Position numbers and translations under genes: made by a program. Below, piece after piece: positions 43,250 through 53,616 of a stretch of 64,000 nucleotides of DNA. Within the stretch, counting starts at the first letter, position 1; each line of letters begins with the position of its first letter. The DNA lies in the NCBI GenBank assembly GCA_013416795.1, contig RQSC01000033.1, positions 92,583-156,582 of the forward strand, given 5' to 3'. The notes under the pieces were generated by a model, which worked only from the letters and a program-made list of their open reading frames with translations, ran no database searches and was not told the origin of the DNA. This DNA comes from Prasinococcaceae sp. CCMP 1430. Lineage: Eukaryota; Plantae; Prasinodermophyta.

Positions 43250-43489
43250 ATGCGTGCCTGTGCATGCGCGCGCCGGGGGCATTGGGAGTGGGCGCGACAT
43301 GACGTAAATTAATGGAGTCTAAGTCTCTCGTGATCGAGACCAGTTCTCGCGAGCCCGTACCCCCCACGCGCGCCCCGGCCCACGCCCGCTCCGCCGGCCT
43401 CCCATCGGCCTGGCCTGGCCAGGCCCGGCCCAGCCCCGAGGCCGCGCACGGCCGCAACGCAGCCGCCGCGCCACGAGCATTTATGTCGT

Positions 43490-43497
43490 AAACCCTA
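43490..43497 (+). promoter_or_regulatory. Telo-box (AAACCCTA) upstream of ELP1
   Basis: Exact octamer about 230 bp before the ATG. Confidence 0.45.
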
Positions 43498-43723
43498 TGT
43501 GCGAAGAAACCCCACAGACTCCGGGGAGCGCCGGCGGCTGACTGGGCGCCCTTCATGGCAGTGCAATGGCGGCACAGGCCGCGCGCCGCCGCGCGCCTGC
43601 GGCGGTCTCTCCCTGTTGCCCCCCCCCCCCCTCCCCCACACGCACACACACACATACACCAGCCAAGTATCCCACAACGCCGCTCTCACCTCTGCGCGGC
43701 GCACGGCGTACGTGCTGGCTGCC

Positions 43724-46700
43724 ATGCGCACGCTGCGCACGCGTCGTGTGGTGGCCGCGCCCGACTTCGTGGCGGCCGCGGCGGAGGCGCTCGCGGCGCG
43801 CGGCGGCGCGGCGCGATACGAGGCGCTCGCGTTGGACGTGGACACCGAGGACGGCACGGTGTACGCGCTGTGCGGGCCCTCCGACGGCGCTGATGGCGAT
43901 GCGTGCGTGGTGAGCTTCCGCCCCGCCGACGGCGCCGATGACGGCGCGGGCGACGGCGCGAGTGCGCGTGTTGTCGCGTGCAACGGCTGCTGTGGTGCAC
44001 CGCTCTTTGCAGCGTTCTGCGCCGATCAGCGCGCCCTCGCAGCTGGCTTTGCGAGTGGCGAGCTCGTGCTCGCGGGGGCAGACGACGCTCCCGCCGCGGC
44101 GGTTGGAGTCGCCGACACGCCAGCAGAGTGTGTGGGCGCGTTCTCCGACGGGCTGGTCGCCGGAGCGCTCTCGCCCGACGGCGACGCGCTCGCGTTGCTC
44201 ACAGGCGGCGGCTCGCTGGCGCTGCTGGATGCGACGACGCTGGACGTCCTTGCGGAAGCTTCGCTACTGGACGGCGCGGGCGCGTCGCGCGCGCGGCTAT
44301 CGTGGCGAGGAGATGGCGCTTATCTGCTGTGCGCGTGGGTCCCCGCCGTCGAGGGTGCGCGCACGTGCCAGGCAGCCGTCTTCGAGCGTGATGGCCTCGC
44401 GCTGCACTCGCAGCTCGACGTCGGAGAGGGGGCGCGGTACGCGCCGGATACGCCGGGTGCGACCGCTTGGCAGCCCGCGGGGACTCTCATCGCTGTGGCG
44501 ACGCGGTCACCGACGGACGGCGGGGTCGACGGCGCAATGGAGCTCACGTGCTTTGAACGGAACGGGCTGCTGCGGCACAGCGCGAAGCTGCCATCGCGCG
44601 TGCGCGCGGTGAGCTCGATGGCGTGGAACGCGGACTCAACGCTCCTCGCGGCGACAGTCGACGTCTGCGACGGCGGCGACGGCGGTCATGAGGGCTCATG
44701 CGCTCTACACGTGTACCGTCGCTCGAACGCTCACTGGTACCTGCTCCACGAGCTGCGCGGCAGCGGTGGCGGCGCAGCGGACGTGCCGAGAGCGCACTGG
44801 GATGCAGAGCGCGCGTACACCCTGCACTTGTGGACAGCGACGGGCGACTACGAACGCCTCGAGCTCGAATGGGCGCACGCAATCAGCGACGCCGGTGTGG
44901 CGGCTGTGGTAGACGGCGCGCGCGCTCTTCTCACGCCTCTGCAACACGCGCAAGTGCCACCACCCGCGTGCCTGCTCGTCGCCACGGCACCGCGCGGGAA
45001 GGGGGTCGGTGCCATCGCAGCGCTCGCATGGGTGCCGCCGCACAGCGCTGAGAACGACGATGGCGAGCGCCTGGTGGCGGCATTCTCGTGCGGGCGCTTC
45101 GGCGTGGCACTTCCGCCCCCGGCCCACGCAGTAGATGCGTGGGAGCGCGCAGACGACGATGGCGGCATCGAGTTCGTCACGGGTGGCTTGGTGATGGGCG
45201 CGGGGGAGAGCATCCGCCAGGTCGCCTGGTTGGGAGGACGGCCTGAGGCGGGCGGGACCGGCGCCGCGCTCGGTGCGCAGACCGCAGTTGACGTGGCGTG
45301 CATCACGACCGATCTGTGCGGTGGCGACAAGGTGGTGCGCGTGCGCGGCCCAAGCGTCGCGGAGCTGTGCATGGCTACCGTGGTAGCACCGTCGGTGCCG
45401 TTGCCAATTGACGCTATTGCAGCGCGGGGCGGGATGCTCGCACTGGCTGCGGGCGGAGCTGTGCGAGTGTGGGCCCTGGAACGCCACGATGCGAGCGACG
45501 GCTGCAACGACACTGGCGATTGCAGCGGTGCACTACAGTGGGAGCAACCTGCATCGACGCATGGCCTCGGCGGTGAAGGCGCTGAGGGGCGCGCCTCCTG
45601 CTCTTGGCTTGCCCTGGTGGACACGCGCAGCGCAGTCAGTGGCGCCACGGCCTCGGACATGGACGGAAGTGGCGGGGGCTTGTTTCCGGTGTCCCTGTCC
45701 TCGTGCGGCGTGCTGCGCTGCGGCACGCGCGTGGTGGATGCCGGCGTCACCAGCGCCTGCGTGCGCGCGGCAGCGCACGTTGAGTGTGGGGGTGACGGCC
45801 TGGCCCGCCTGGTGTACGTGGTCGGCCAAGATGCGCTGGGAATCGGCGTGGTCAACGTCGCAGGCGACGGCCTGCGTGGTGGCGCACCATGCATGCGCCC
45901 CGCCGAGGCGGGCGCGCGCGTTGTATGCGCCCCAAGTGCCGCCTCGTGCGTTGTGTTGCAGATGCCACGAGGCAACCTGGAGACCGTTGGGCCGCGTGCG
46001 CTTACGGCGCCACGCGTATGTGCTCTGCTGCGCGCGGGGCGCTGGGCCGCCGCCTACGCCCTCGCAAGACGCGCGCGCGTGGACCTGAACCTCCTCCTAG
46101 CTGTGCGCGGCGCGTGTCCGCCTATACTGTGCGGTGGCGCCGCTGTGCTTGTGGAGCAGCTTGTGGCCGCGCGCGGCCAGGCGGCGGCAGCCGCGGGGGT
46201 GACAGATGTGGTGGGATCCCTGCGGAGCGACTGGGCTTCAGCAGCACGCTGCTACGAGGACGTACTCGGCCCGGGTGAGCTCTCGCTCGACGTCCTGGAG
46301 GGCCATGACAAAGATGGCGGCAGAGACGGCACTGGCAGGGGCGATGGCGGGGAGGATGAGCGCGACGGTAGTGGCGGCGGTGAGAGTGCAGTGACAGCAG
46401 TGTGCACTGCGCTTCGGGAAGCGCTGGATGGTCTGTGCGGGACGGCTGGTGACAGCGAAGAGATCAACAACAGCAGTCGCGCGCGGTCGCAATCTACCGT
46501 CGAGTCGGCAGCGTTGACCACGCTTGTGCGCTCGCAGCCACCGCGCCTCGAGGAGGCCCTCGCGCGCATCAGGCGGCTGCGCGTTGCAGAGCTCGAGAAG
46601 GTACAGTCTGACCAGGCTGTGGGGCGGGCGCGGCAGGCCGCCCAGCTCGAGCAACATCGCCACGCTGTGTCTTCCGCGGCGATGCGCTCACTTCTTGGTC

Positions 46701-48079
46701 TGTGCAGCATCACCCGACTAAATGCATACGACTGCGCGTTGGGCACGTACGACCTCGACTTGGCGCTCTTCGTGGCGAGCGAGGACGCGAGAGATCCTAG
46801 CGAATACTTGCCGCGCCTGCGCGCACTAGCGGCAATGCCTGAGCGTGCGCGTATGGCCTCCATCGACGAGGAGCTCGGGCGACACGAGAGCGCACTTGCC
46901 AATCTGGTGGCGGCGGGCGGTGAGCACGCGGCACGTGCGCCGGCGTATGCGCTGCAGCACGAGCTTTTCGGCGCGGGCCTCAGGCTGCTACCGCAGCGCT
47001 CGGAAGGCCTCGCGGCGCTCCTTGCGGCCTACGCGGACCGCGCGAGCCGCGCGGGCGAGCACGAGGAGGCTGCGTGCGTGCTCAGTCGCGCGGGGGATCA
47101 CTCGGGCGCGGCAGCGTGTTATGCCGCCGCGGGCATGCATGTCGAGTCCCTGTGCGCGCTCTCGCGCACAGGAATGCATGCACCTGCACAACTTCGCGCG
47201 CGCGCGCGCGAGGTCGTGTGCGGCCTGCGCGAGGCAGGGGATGCACGTGGTGCCGCCGAAGTCGCCTCGCAGTGGCTGAGCAGCGAGTGCGAGCTGCTCG
47301 TCGAAGTGCAGTGCGAAGCGCACGAGTGGCGTGCGGCAGCAGCGGCGGCGGCGCGTAGCGAGCGTGCTTCGGATCTCGTCGCATCCACTTTGGTGCCCGC
47401 GGCAGCTGCGGCGGCTGTGGCGCTGCTTGACATGACCAAGAGCGCCACTGAGAGCCGTGCGGCGTACCTGAAGCGCCTGCGCGCGCTGCGCGAGCGCCGC
47501 GCGGCAGCCGCTGCACGCCAGGCCGAGCGTGATGCAGCCATGGCCGCCGACGAGGAGGGCATCGGTGCCGATTGGGACGCCGCCTCAGAGGCATCAACCG
47601 TCGCCATGAGTGGTGTGACAGGTATGACAGGCCTCAGCAAGCTCAGTGCCTATACGTCCGCCAGTGCTGCTTCGAGCGTCGCCTCTGCCAGGAGCAGTCA
47701 TCGATCGACGATCATGCGCGGCAACGGCAGCAGTGGGCGCAGCGATGGCGGCGGCGGGCGGCGGCGGAAGGAGCGCTCGAGCAAGAAGGAACGCAAAGCA
47801 AAGGCGGGCTCACCACACGAGGAGGCTAGTCTCGTCCGCCACATGAAGGCGGGCGTGCCCACGCCCGACGACAGGCGGCGCTGGCGGGAGCTCTGTGAGC
47901 TGCTCGTGCGGGAGGGCCACCACGAGGACGCGCGCGCACTGCAGCGCGCCCTCGGCGCCCACGCGGGCGCGGCTGCGGCGGCAGCTGAGGAGGCCCTCGC
48001 CGATATGGACGGGGCTGAACGCGCGAAACTGGAGGCGGCCGCCGCTCCCACGTGGGATTGGAAGCTGCTCGAGCTGTAA
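43724..48079 (+). CDS. ELP1: Elongator complex subunit 1 (IKI3/ELP1), intronless
   Basis: LSWRGDGAY, FERNGLLRHS, WNADSTLLA, SNAHWYL, LQMPRGNLETV.PRAL, YDCALGTYDLDLA..VA....RDPSEYLP.L, Ser-rich region and basic RRKERSSKK..GS..EE tail. Confidence 0.95.
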   Translation: MRTLRTRRVVAAPDFVAAAAEALAARGGAARYEALALDVDTEDGTVYALCGPSDGADGDACVVSFRPADGADDGAGDGASARVVACNGCCGAPLFAAFCADQRALAAGFASGELVLAGADDAPAAAVGVADTPAECVGAFSDGLVAGALSPDGDALALLTGGGSLALLDATTLDVLAEASLLDGAGASRARLSWRGDGAYLLCAWVPAVEGARTCQAAVFERDGLALHSQLDVGEGARYAPDTPGATAWQPAGTLIAVATRSPTDGGVDGAMELTCFERNGLLRHSAKLPSRVRAVSSMAWNADSTLLAATVDVCDGGDGGHEGSCALHVYRRSNAHWYLLHELRGSGGGAADVPRAHWDAERAYTLHLWTATGDYERLELEWAHAISDAGVAAVVDGARALLTPLQHAQVPPPACLLVATAPRGKGVGAIAALAWVPPHSAENDDGERLVAAFSCGRFGVALPPPAHAVDAWERADDDGGIEFVTGGLVMGAGESIRQVAWLGGRPEAGGTGAALGAQTAVDVACITTDLCGGDKVVRVRGPSVAELCMATVVAPSVPLPIDAIAARGGMLALAAGGAVRVWALERHDASDGCNDTGDCSGALQWEQPASTHGLGGEGAEGRASCSWLALVDTRSAVSGATASDMDGSGGGLFPVSLSSCGVLRCGTRVVDAGVTSACVRAAAHVECGGDGLARLVYVVGQDALGIGVVNVAGDGLRGGAPCMRPAEAGARVVCAPSAASCVVLQMPRGNLETVGPRALTAPRVCALLRAGRWAAAYALARRARVDLNLLLAVRGACPPILCGGAAVLVEQLVAARGQAAAAAGVTDVVGSLRSDWASAARCYEDVLGPGELSLDVLEGHDKDGGRDGTGRGDGGEDERDGSGGGESAVTAVCTALREALDGLCGTAGDSEEINNSSRARSQSTVESAALTTLVRSQPPRLEEALARIRRLRVAELEKVQSDQAVGRARQAAQLEQHRHAVSSAAMRSLLGLCSITRLNAYDCALGTYDLDLALFVASEDARDPSEYLPRLRALAAMPERARMASIDEELGRHESALANLVAAGGEHAARAPAYALQHELFGAGLRLLPQRSEGLAALLAAYADRASRAGEHEEAACVLSRAGDHSGAAACYAAAGMHVESLCALSRTGMHAPAQLRARAREVVCGLREAGDARGAAEVASQWLSSECELLVEVQCEAHEWRAAAAAAARSERASDLVASTLVPAAAAAAVALLDMTKSATESRAAYLKRLRALRERRAAAAARQAERDAAMAADEEGIGADWDAASEASTVAMSGVTGMTGLSKLSAYTSASAASSVASARSSHRSTIMRGNGSSGRSDGGGGRRRKERSSKKERKAKAGSPHEEASLVRHMKAGVPTPDDRRRWRELCELLVREGHHEDARALQRALGAHAGAAAAAAEEALADMDGAERAKLEAAAAPTWDWKLLEL

Positions 48080-48238
48080 TAGTACTGTACTTATTCGGTG
48101 TACTTGTGCCGGTAGTTCTTCGTCACACCGCGAGCGCGTGTTTGACGGTCTCCAGGATGAAAGAAATGATATAGGGGGCTTTTATATATACATCGCCGCG
48201 AGCCCGCATTGCTAGCGCAGCCGCCACGGACCAGCCGC

Positions 48239-49935
48239 TCAGCTGACCGCCTGCAAGAGGCCCCAATTCTGCACGAGCAGCTTTTGGGCGCACATGAGCG
48301 CATGCTTCTGCACGTCGGGGTCTGCGTGCGTCATCAGGTTCATCACGGCCTCCTTCCCCTTGAGGCCAGTGATGACGTGCCTGCCCGACGGGTGGTGCTG
48401 CACGAACTTTCCCAGATCGTGGACAGCAACTGCGAGCGTGGCCGAGTCACGCGCGGCGCTGAGCAGGGCCAGCAGCACGCGTAGCATCTGAAAGTCGTCC
48501 TCCTCAAAGCGCGCAGCATTCTCGCGCCAGAACCGGTCGTTTTCATGGCGCGTGCCCCACCCCAGTGCACCGCTCAGCAGCTGCCGCCGGTACTCTTCAA
48601 AGGAGCTCATAGTGCTCGCACACTCGGCAAGGCGCTCCTCTAGCGTCTCCAGCGCGGCAATGAGCTCTTCGTCAGCCCAGCTGTGCAGCTTCACCGTCCC
48701 GACCACCTTCGCGCAGCCAAGGGCAACGAGCTCGGCCGCGCACTTTTCGGTGAGCGATACGAGGGCGAGAGCTGCCACACGCACGACCTTCTCTTTGGCC
48801 ATGCCCTTCAGGAGCGTGATCAGCGCCTGAAGCACGGGCGTGGCACTTAGCGCGGCAGTCGCCGTTGGCTCATACGTCATCAGCCACAGGCACAGGCCCC
48901 CCTCATAGAGCATCTGAATGTCCACCGGGCCATCGGCGGCATCGGTGGCATAATCCTTCAGGTGCTGCGCCAGCTTGTACGTGCCGTTCGCCTGCAGGAA
49001 CATGGCTCGCGCCGCTGGATCAGGCAGCAGCGCTGCAAGGCCCTTGCATGCAGTCTTCACAGACAGAGCGTCGTGCGACGGTCGCTCCAGTTGCCCGCAG
49101 AGAAAGTCAATCAGAGCGTGCATTGCAGCGTGCGCCGGCCCGGCATGCGCCACCGACACGCCTCCACTGCCGCTCGCGCCAGCGCCGCTGTCGTCCATCG
49201 ACATGAGGTCCATGTCGAGCTCCTGCACGCGCGAGCCCTTGTCGGGGCGCGCCGCCATGATCTTGGCAAGCGCCAGCGCTGCGCGGCCGCGCACACCCCA
49301 GGCGGGCTTCTGCAAAAGGCGTAGCAGCGGGCCGTACAGCGCGTCCGGCCCACCAGCAGCGGTCGCGCCGAGGTGGAAGTACGAGGCATGCTTCGTGTTT
49401 GCTGTTCACGACGTATTGCAGACGCAAGGCGCAGTAGTCAGCCCGCAGTGTGCACGGGCTCGCACGCCATCCAAGGGCACGCGACGACAATGATATCCCC
49501 GCGGCCGCTACAGCGCGTTTCTGTGGGCACGCCTGCACCTCGCACCCGCAGCCGCAATGTGTTCTGAGCGAGCGCCAAGCCAACGCGAGAAAAAGGAAGC
49601 GTTTGGGGGCGCAGGGATACTGGGCGGCGATACGCCACGCGGCGGCGCGCCCGCGCGCGCGTACCGGCCAGCATGTCCTCGAGAAGGCAAAGCGTGTACA
49701 GCACAGTGTCTTCCTGCCCCGTCACCTTCGCCAGCAGCGAGATGAACAGGTCCGCGTACGCCGGCCCATCCGCCTCTAGCAGCTCAACCTGCGTGTCGCG
49801 CGCGGCCTTGTCATAGCGCCGCACGAGCTGCAGCTCGTGCGCGCTCACGATGCCGCTCGGCAGGTAGCTGTCCCACGGAACCTCAAGCCTGTACAGCACC
49901 TGATCGGTGCTCATGCCATCGCGCGAGGAGTCCAT
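48239..49935 (-). CDS. VHA-H: V-type proton ATPase subunit H; exons 49935-49665 and 49401-48239
   Basis: VPWDSYL..GIVS..ELQLVRRYDK, QMLYE..LCLWLMTY, KEKVVRV, WADEEL, L.W...H....FWRENA..FEEDDFQMLRVL, VAVHDLGKFVQHHP.GR..I..LKGKEAVMNLM.H.DPDVQKHALMC.QKL. Confidence 0.96.
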
Positions 49936-50368
49936 CGCCGCCGCGCCGCGCCGGTGCGGCGGCGAGCGCGCGCGGTGTGTCCGGGCGCCGGCGGCGCCAC
50001 CCCACGCACGCCCTCGCACCGCCCACGATGCGCGAAAACGCCCGAAGGCATACTGAGCTCGTCCTGCGGACAGGCCGCCACCGAAATTGCTGCCGTTTTT
50101 TGCGTTTTTTATGGGGCGCGATCTGCCATTTCGGTTTGATATCCGCCGGCAGCGCGGCCGCGCGCGTTTCGCGTGCCTCTGGGTGTTGACGCGGTGCCCC
50201 TGGACGGGTGCGTGCGAGCGTCGGCAGGGTGGAGTTGGGGGTTGGGTGGGTGGCCGGGGAGGTGCCAGACAGCGCGCGTGAGGGGGCCTGAGAGGGGCCG
50301 CGGAAGGAGGACCGCGCTTGGAGAGGGGCGCTCGGCCCGCGCCGCGCCGCGCCGCGCCGCGCTGCGTG

Positions 50369-51775
50369 CAAGAGGTAGACGTGCGGCTGGGCGCGCTTGC
50401 GAGTGCAGTGCCCAAACTGCAGGAGGCGTGCACCACTTTCTCACAGGACGCGGCGGCAGTGGTGGCGCGGCGCAAGGCGAACAAGGCCGCGCTCTCTGCA
50501 CACGGCACCTTGCTGGACTTGCTCGAGGCGCCGGCGCTCGTGGATACCTGCGTGCGCAACGGCTCGTTCGATGAGGCGCTCGATTTGGAGGCTTTCGTGT
50601 CCAAGGTGGCCGCCGTGCATGGCAACCTCTCGGTGGTCAGGAAGCTCAAGGAAGATGTTGCGCAAACGGCAGGCCAGATGCGCGAGCAGCTTCTGGGACG
50701 CCTACGCGGCAACGTGCAGCTTCCGGACTGCCTACGCGCGATTGGGTACCTGCGACGGCTTGGAGGGTTCTCAGAGGAGCAGTTGCGATTGGAGTTTCTG
50801 CGCTGCCGGGAGGCCTTCATCGCCGCGACCATCGAGGCTCTGGATCGCAGCTCGCCGTATGACTTCTTGAAGCGCCTCACGGACGCGCATCGCGTGCACT
50901 TGTTCGATATCGTCATGCAGTATCGCGCGATATTTGCGGTGCAGGAGAGGGACGACGCGCAGGGCAAACACGAGGACGCTGGAGGCTCGTTCGGTGGCGA
51001 TGCGCTGCTACTTAGCTGGGCCACGCGGCGCATCGACGCATACCTCGCCGAGCTGGCCGCCCTGCTTCCGCACATCGAGGACGGCGGCTCGCTTGCCAGC
51101 GTTCTCGAGCACTGCATGTACTGCGGAATGAGCCTGGGCAGGGTCGGGTTGGATTTTCGTGGCCTTCTCCCGCCGCCCTTCGAGGAGTGCTCAAAGGCCA
51201 TGTTCACGGATGGCATCAACGCGGCCGCGGCGGCCTTCGACGATGCCTTGCAGACGCACCGCTGGGTGGCACTGCCCGCCATGGCAGCGGCCACGAGCCG
51301 CGTCGTTGCGACCAAGGCCGCCACAGGTGGGAGTGAGGGCGGCAGCGATGTGGCTGCGCATTCCGGTGGTGCCGACGGCGGGCCTCCATACGCTCTGATG
51401 GCTCACCCTCCTCTGGCCTCGTTTGTCAACGGAGGCCTGGCCTCCCTGAATGAGCTGAGGCATTGCGCTCCGCCGAGCTTACAGAAGCCGCTGAGTGCCG
51501 AGCTGGGCAAGGCCATACAGTTCGTGGTGGATTCGTTGGCGAGGTATCAGGCAGCACGATCGCTGCAGGGCGAGCAGCTAGCGCTCTTCGGCGCGATGGC
51601 GAGCGCGCTCGCCGACGTGGCGGCCCCGTACTTGCAGGCGTGCTTCGCGCGCGTCTTCAACACAGACGGAGTGGTGCCCCCCGTTGCTGCCCGAGCGGGC
51701 GCCAAAGATGGCCCGATCGCCGCCGCCGCCGCCGCCGCGCGCTCGCTCGCAGCTTCGGTGAGCCCCGATGCCTAA
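50369..51775 (+). CDS. COG8: Conserved oligomeric Golgi complex subunit 8; N-terminal part and start codon not identifiable in the assembly
   Basis: LLDLLEAPALVDTCVRNGSFDEALDL, QLPDCLRAIGYLRR, HLFDIVMQYRAIF, SLASVLEHCMYCGMSLGRVGLDFRGLL, PPYALMAHPPLA.FVN...LNELRHCAP. Confidence 0.9.
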   Translation, partial: QEVDVRLGALASAVPKLQEACTTFSQDAAAVVARRKANKAALSAHGTLLDLLEAPALVDTCVRNGSFDEALDLEAFVSKVAAVHGNLSVVRKLKEDVAQTAGQMREQLLGRLRGNVQLPDCLRAIGYLRRLGGFSEEQLRLEFLRCREAFIAATIEALDRSSPYDFLKRLTDAHRVHLFDIVMQYRAIFAVQERDDAQGKHEDAGGSFGGDALLLSWATRRIDAYLAELAALLPHIEDGGSLASVLEHCMYCGMSLGRVGLDFRGLLPPPFEECSKAMFTDGINAAAAAFDDALQTHRWVALPAMAAATSRVVATKAATGGSEGGSDVAAHSGGADGGPPYALMAHPPLASFVNGGLASLNELRHCAPPSLQKPLSAELGKAIQFVVDSLARYQAARSLQGEQLALFGAMASALADVAAPYLQACFARVFNTDGVVPPVAARAGAKDGPIAAAAAAARSLAASVSPDA

Positions 51776-51958
51776 TAGCGCGTAATGGGAGTGTGTATGA
51801 TAATGGCAAATTCCACGTCATTGGTGGTTGCGGAGCCAGAGCTTGCCTCCTTGGTCCATCAGCGCTTCTGTCGCATGGTCTAGGCGCTCCGGCGCCGCCT
51901 CTGCAGCCAGTCGAGGAGGAGGTCTGAGTAGGCGTGGTTCCGGGTAAGCTTTAGGGTA

Positions 51959-51966
51959 TAGGGTTT
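51959..51966 (-). promoter_or_regulatory. Telo-box (TAGGGTTT) with adjacent TTTAGGG unit upstream of the GIY-YIG/methyltransferase gene
   Basis: TTTAGGGTATAGGGTTT at 51950-51966. Confidence 0.45.
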
Positions 51967-52098
51967 ACTGTATTACCACCTGTACCTGATGCATGGTGAA
52001 AACGTAAGCGGAAGCGAGCTCGATCGGCGAAGGGGCAACGCGAGGCGCGCCCGTTCGCTGGGAGCTTATCTGCTCGCGGCCGCGCCGCGGGGGCGAGC

Positions 52099-53556
52099 GT
52101 GGCGTGGCGAGGCTCCAGCGCCACAGCGGGGGCCGCGCGCGCCCGGCAGCCTCGCGAGGCCGGCGCCGGGGACGCCAGCCCAGGCGGCGGCGACGCCAGC
52201 GGCGAGCGCATAGACCTGCGCACGCCCGACGGCGGCGCGCCTGCGGCGCCGGCGGCTGCAGGAGTGTACGTCGTCCTTGACGATGCTGGCGCTACGCAGT
52301 ACGTGGGTATGTCGCGGAATCTGCGCGCGACGCTCGCAGCGCACGCCGCGGAGCTCCCCGAGGTCGCCGCGAGCGCGTCCCTTTCGCCGATGCCTGCGGC
52401 CACGAAGGACCAGCTCGTCGCCGCGTGGAAGCGCGGGCTCGCAGCGCAAATCAAAGAGAGCGGCGCGCTGCCGCCGGGCAATGCCAAGGGCGCGCCGGCG
52501 GCGTGGGCGAAGCCAAACACAGGCGCCGCAGCTGCCGCCCGGCGAGCGCTCTCTAGCCCCCGCACAGGCAGCAGCAGCGGCGATGTAGAGGCCGAGGCGG
52601 TTGCCGCCTGGCGCGCTGCGCCGGCCGCAGAGCGCAGGCGCGCGGCCAAGGCTGCGCTTGAGGCGGACGCGTCTGACGCCGAGGCAGCATTTGCGCTCTA
52701 CGAAGCGGAGGACGAGCTTGGTGATGGCGACGCTGCTGTCGCTGCGCTGCGCGCGGCGCTCGCAGCCGACCCGTCGCACGCGGCAGCAGCGCGGCTGCTC
52801 GCGGCCGCGGAGGGCGGGGCTGATGCCGCCTCTGCGGCGGCGAACGATGCCGCCGGTGCCGCGGAGTACGCGCGTCAGATATTTGATGGCTACGCCACTA
52901 CGTTCGACGAGCATCTGACCGGCACCCTCAAGTACAGCGTGCCCAAGGAACTCGCGCTCGCCGCAGACGCGGCCAGCGGCGGGGGGCGTAGCGGCGTCGA
53001 CCCGCCGCGATACGCGTGCATCGTCGACGCCGGCTGTGGCACGGGCCTCAGCGTGGAACCTTTCGCTGGCCGCGCCGACAGCGTGATCGGCATCGACGTG
53101 AGCTCGAAGATGCTCGAGGTTGCGCGCGGCAAGGGGCTGTATTCTACGCTTCTATGCGATGACCTGGTCTCTGGCCTCGCGACGCTCGCTCAAGGGCAGT
53201 GCGACCTGATAATCTCGGCCGACACACTCATGTACGTCGGGCGGCTCGACGGGTTTTTCGAACAGGCCGAGCGAGTGCTGGCGAGCGGCGGCGTGCTCGC
53301 TTTCAGCGTAGAGAGCGCGGAGAGGGCGACTTCGCAGGGGGATGCCGGCAGCGTGGCGCTAGGCGAGGATGGCATCGGGCTGCAGCCGAGCGGGCGCTTC
53401 TGCCACACGCGCGGATACGTGGAAGGCCTGGCGGCGCGGTCAGGCGATGGCGATGGAGGAGCGTGGGAGACCGCCGCCGAGCCGCGAGACGTGATGGGGC
53501 GCATGGACGGCGACAAGCCAGTGTATGCCACTCTGCATGTGTTCGTGAGGCGGTGA
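52099..53556 (+). CDS. Fusion of a GRXS16-type GIY-YIG-like domain, a TPR-like helix pair and a class I SAM-dependent methyltransferase (COG4976-like); start unresolved (short first exon with GTAAGC donor at 52004 likely)
   Basis: GVYVVLDD.G..QYVGMSRN..TL.AH...AWK..L..QIKESG.LPPGN, then ALRAALAADP, YARQIFDGYA.TFDEHL...LKYSVP, IVDAGCGTGL, GIDVSSKML, DLIISADTLMYVGRL, GGVLAFSVE, LQPSGRFCH. Confidence 0.85.
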   Translation: MAWRGSSATAGAARARQPREAGAGDASPGGGDASGERIDLRTPDGGAPAAPAAAGVYVVLDDAGATQYVGMSRNLRATLAAHAAELPEVAASASLSPMPAATKDQLVAAWKRGLAAQIKESGALPPGNAKGAPAAWAKPNTGAAAAARRALSSPRTGSSSGDVEAEAVAAWRAAPAAERRRAAKAALEADASDAEAAFALYEAEDELGDGDAAVAALRAALAADPSHAAAARLLAAAEGGADAASAAANDAAGAAEYARQIFDGYATTFDEHLTGTLKYSVPKELALAADAASGGGRSGVDPPRYACIVDAGCGTGLSVEPFAGRADSVIGIDVSSKMLEVARGKGLYSTLLCDDLVSGLATLAQGQCDLIISADTLMYVGRLDGFFEQAERVLASGGVLAFSVESAERATSQGDAGSVALGEDGIGLQPSGRFCHTRGYVEGLAARSGDGDGGAWETAAEPRDVMGRMDGDKPVYATLHVFVRR

Positions 53557-53616
53557 ATGATGGGGGCGCGACACACCCTGCTTTTGGTACAATAAGACTA
53601 CAGTGGCAGGATCTCC

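Noticed and set aside
39824-43300. 1158-aa minus-strand ORF
   Set aside because: Antisense shadow of the CPS gene caused by high GC3, with no independent motifs.
49438-51324. 628-aa minus ORF joining COG8 antisense sequence to VHA-H exon 1
   Set aside because: Only the part from ATG 49935 is VHA-H. The rest is COG8 antisense and promoter.
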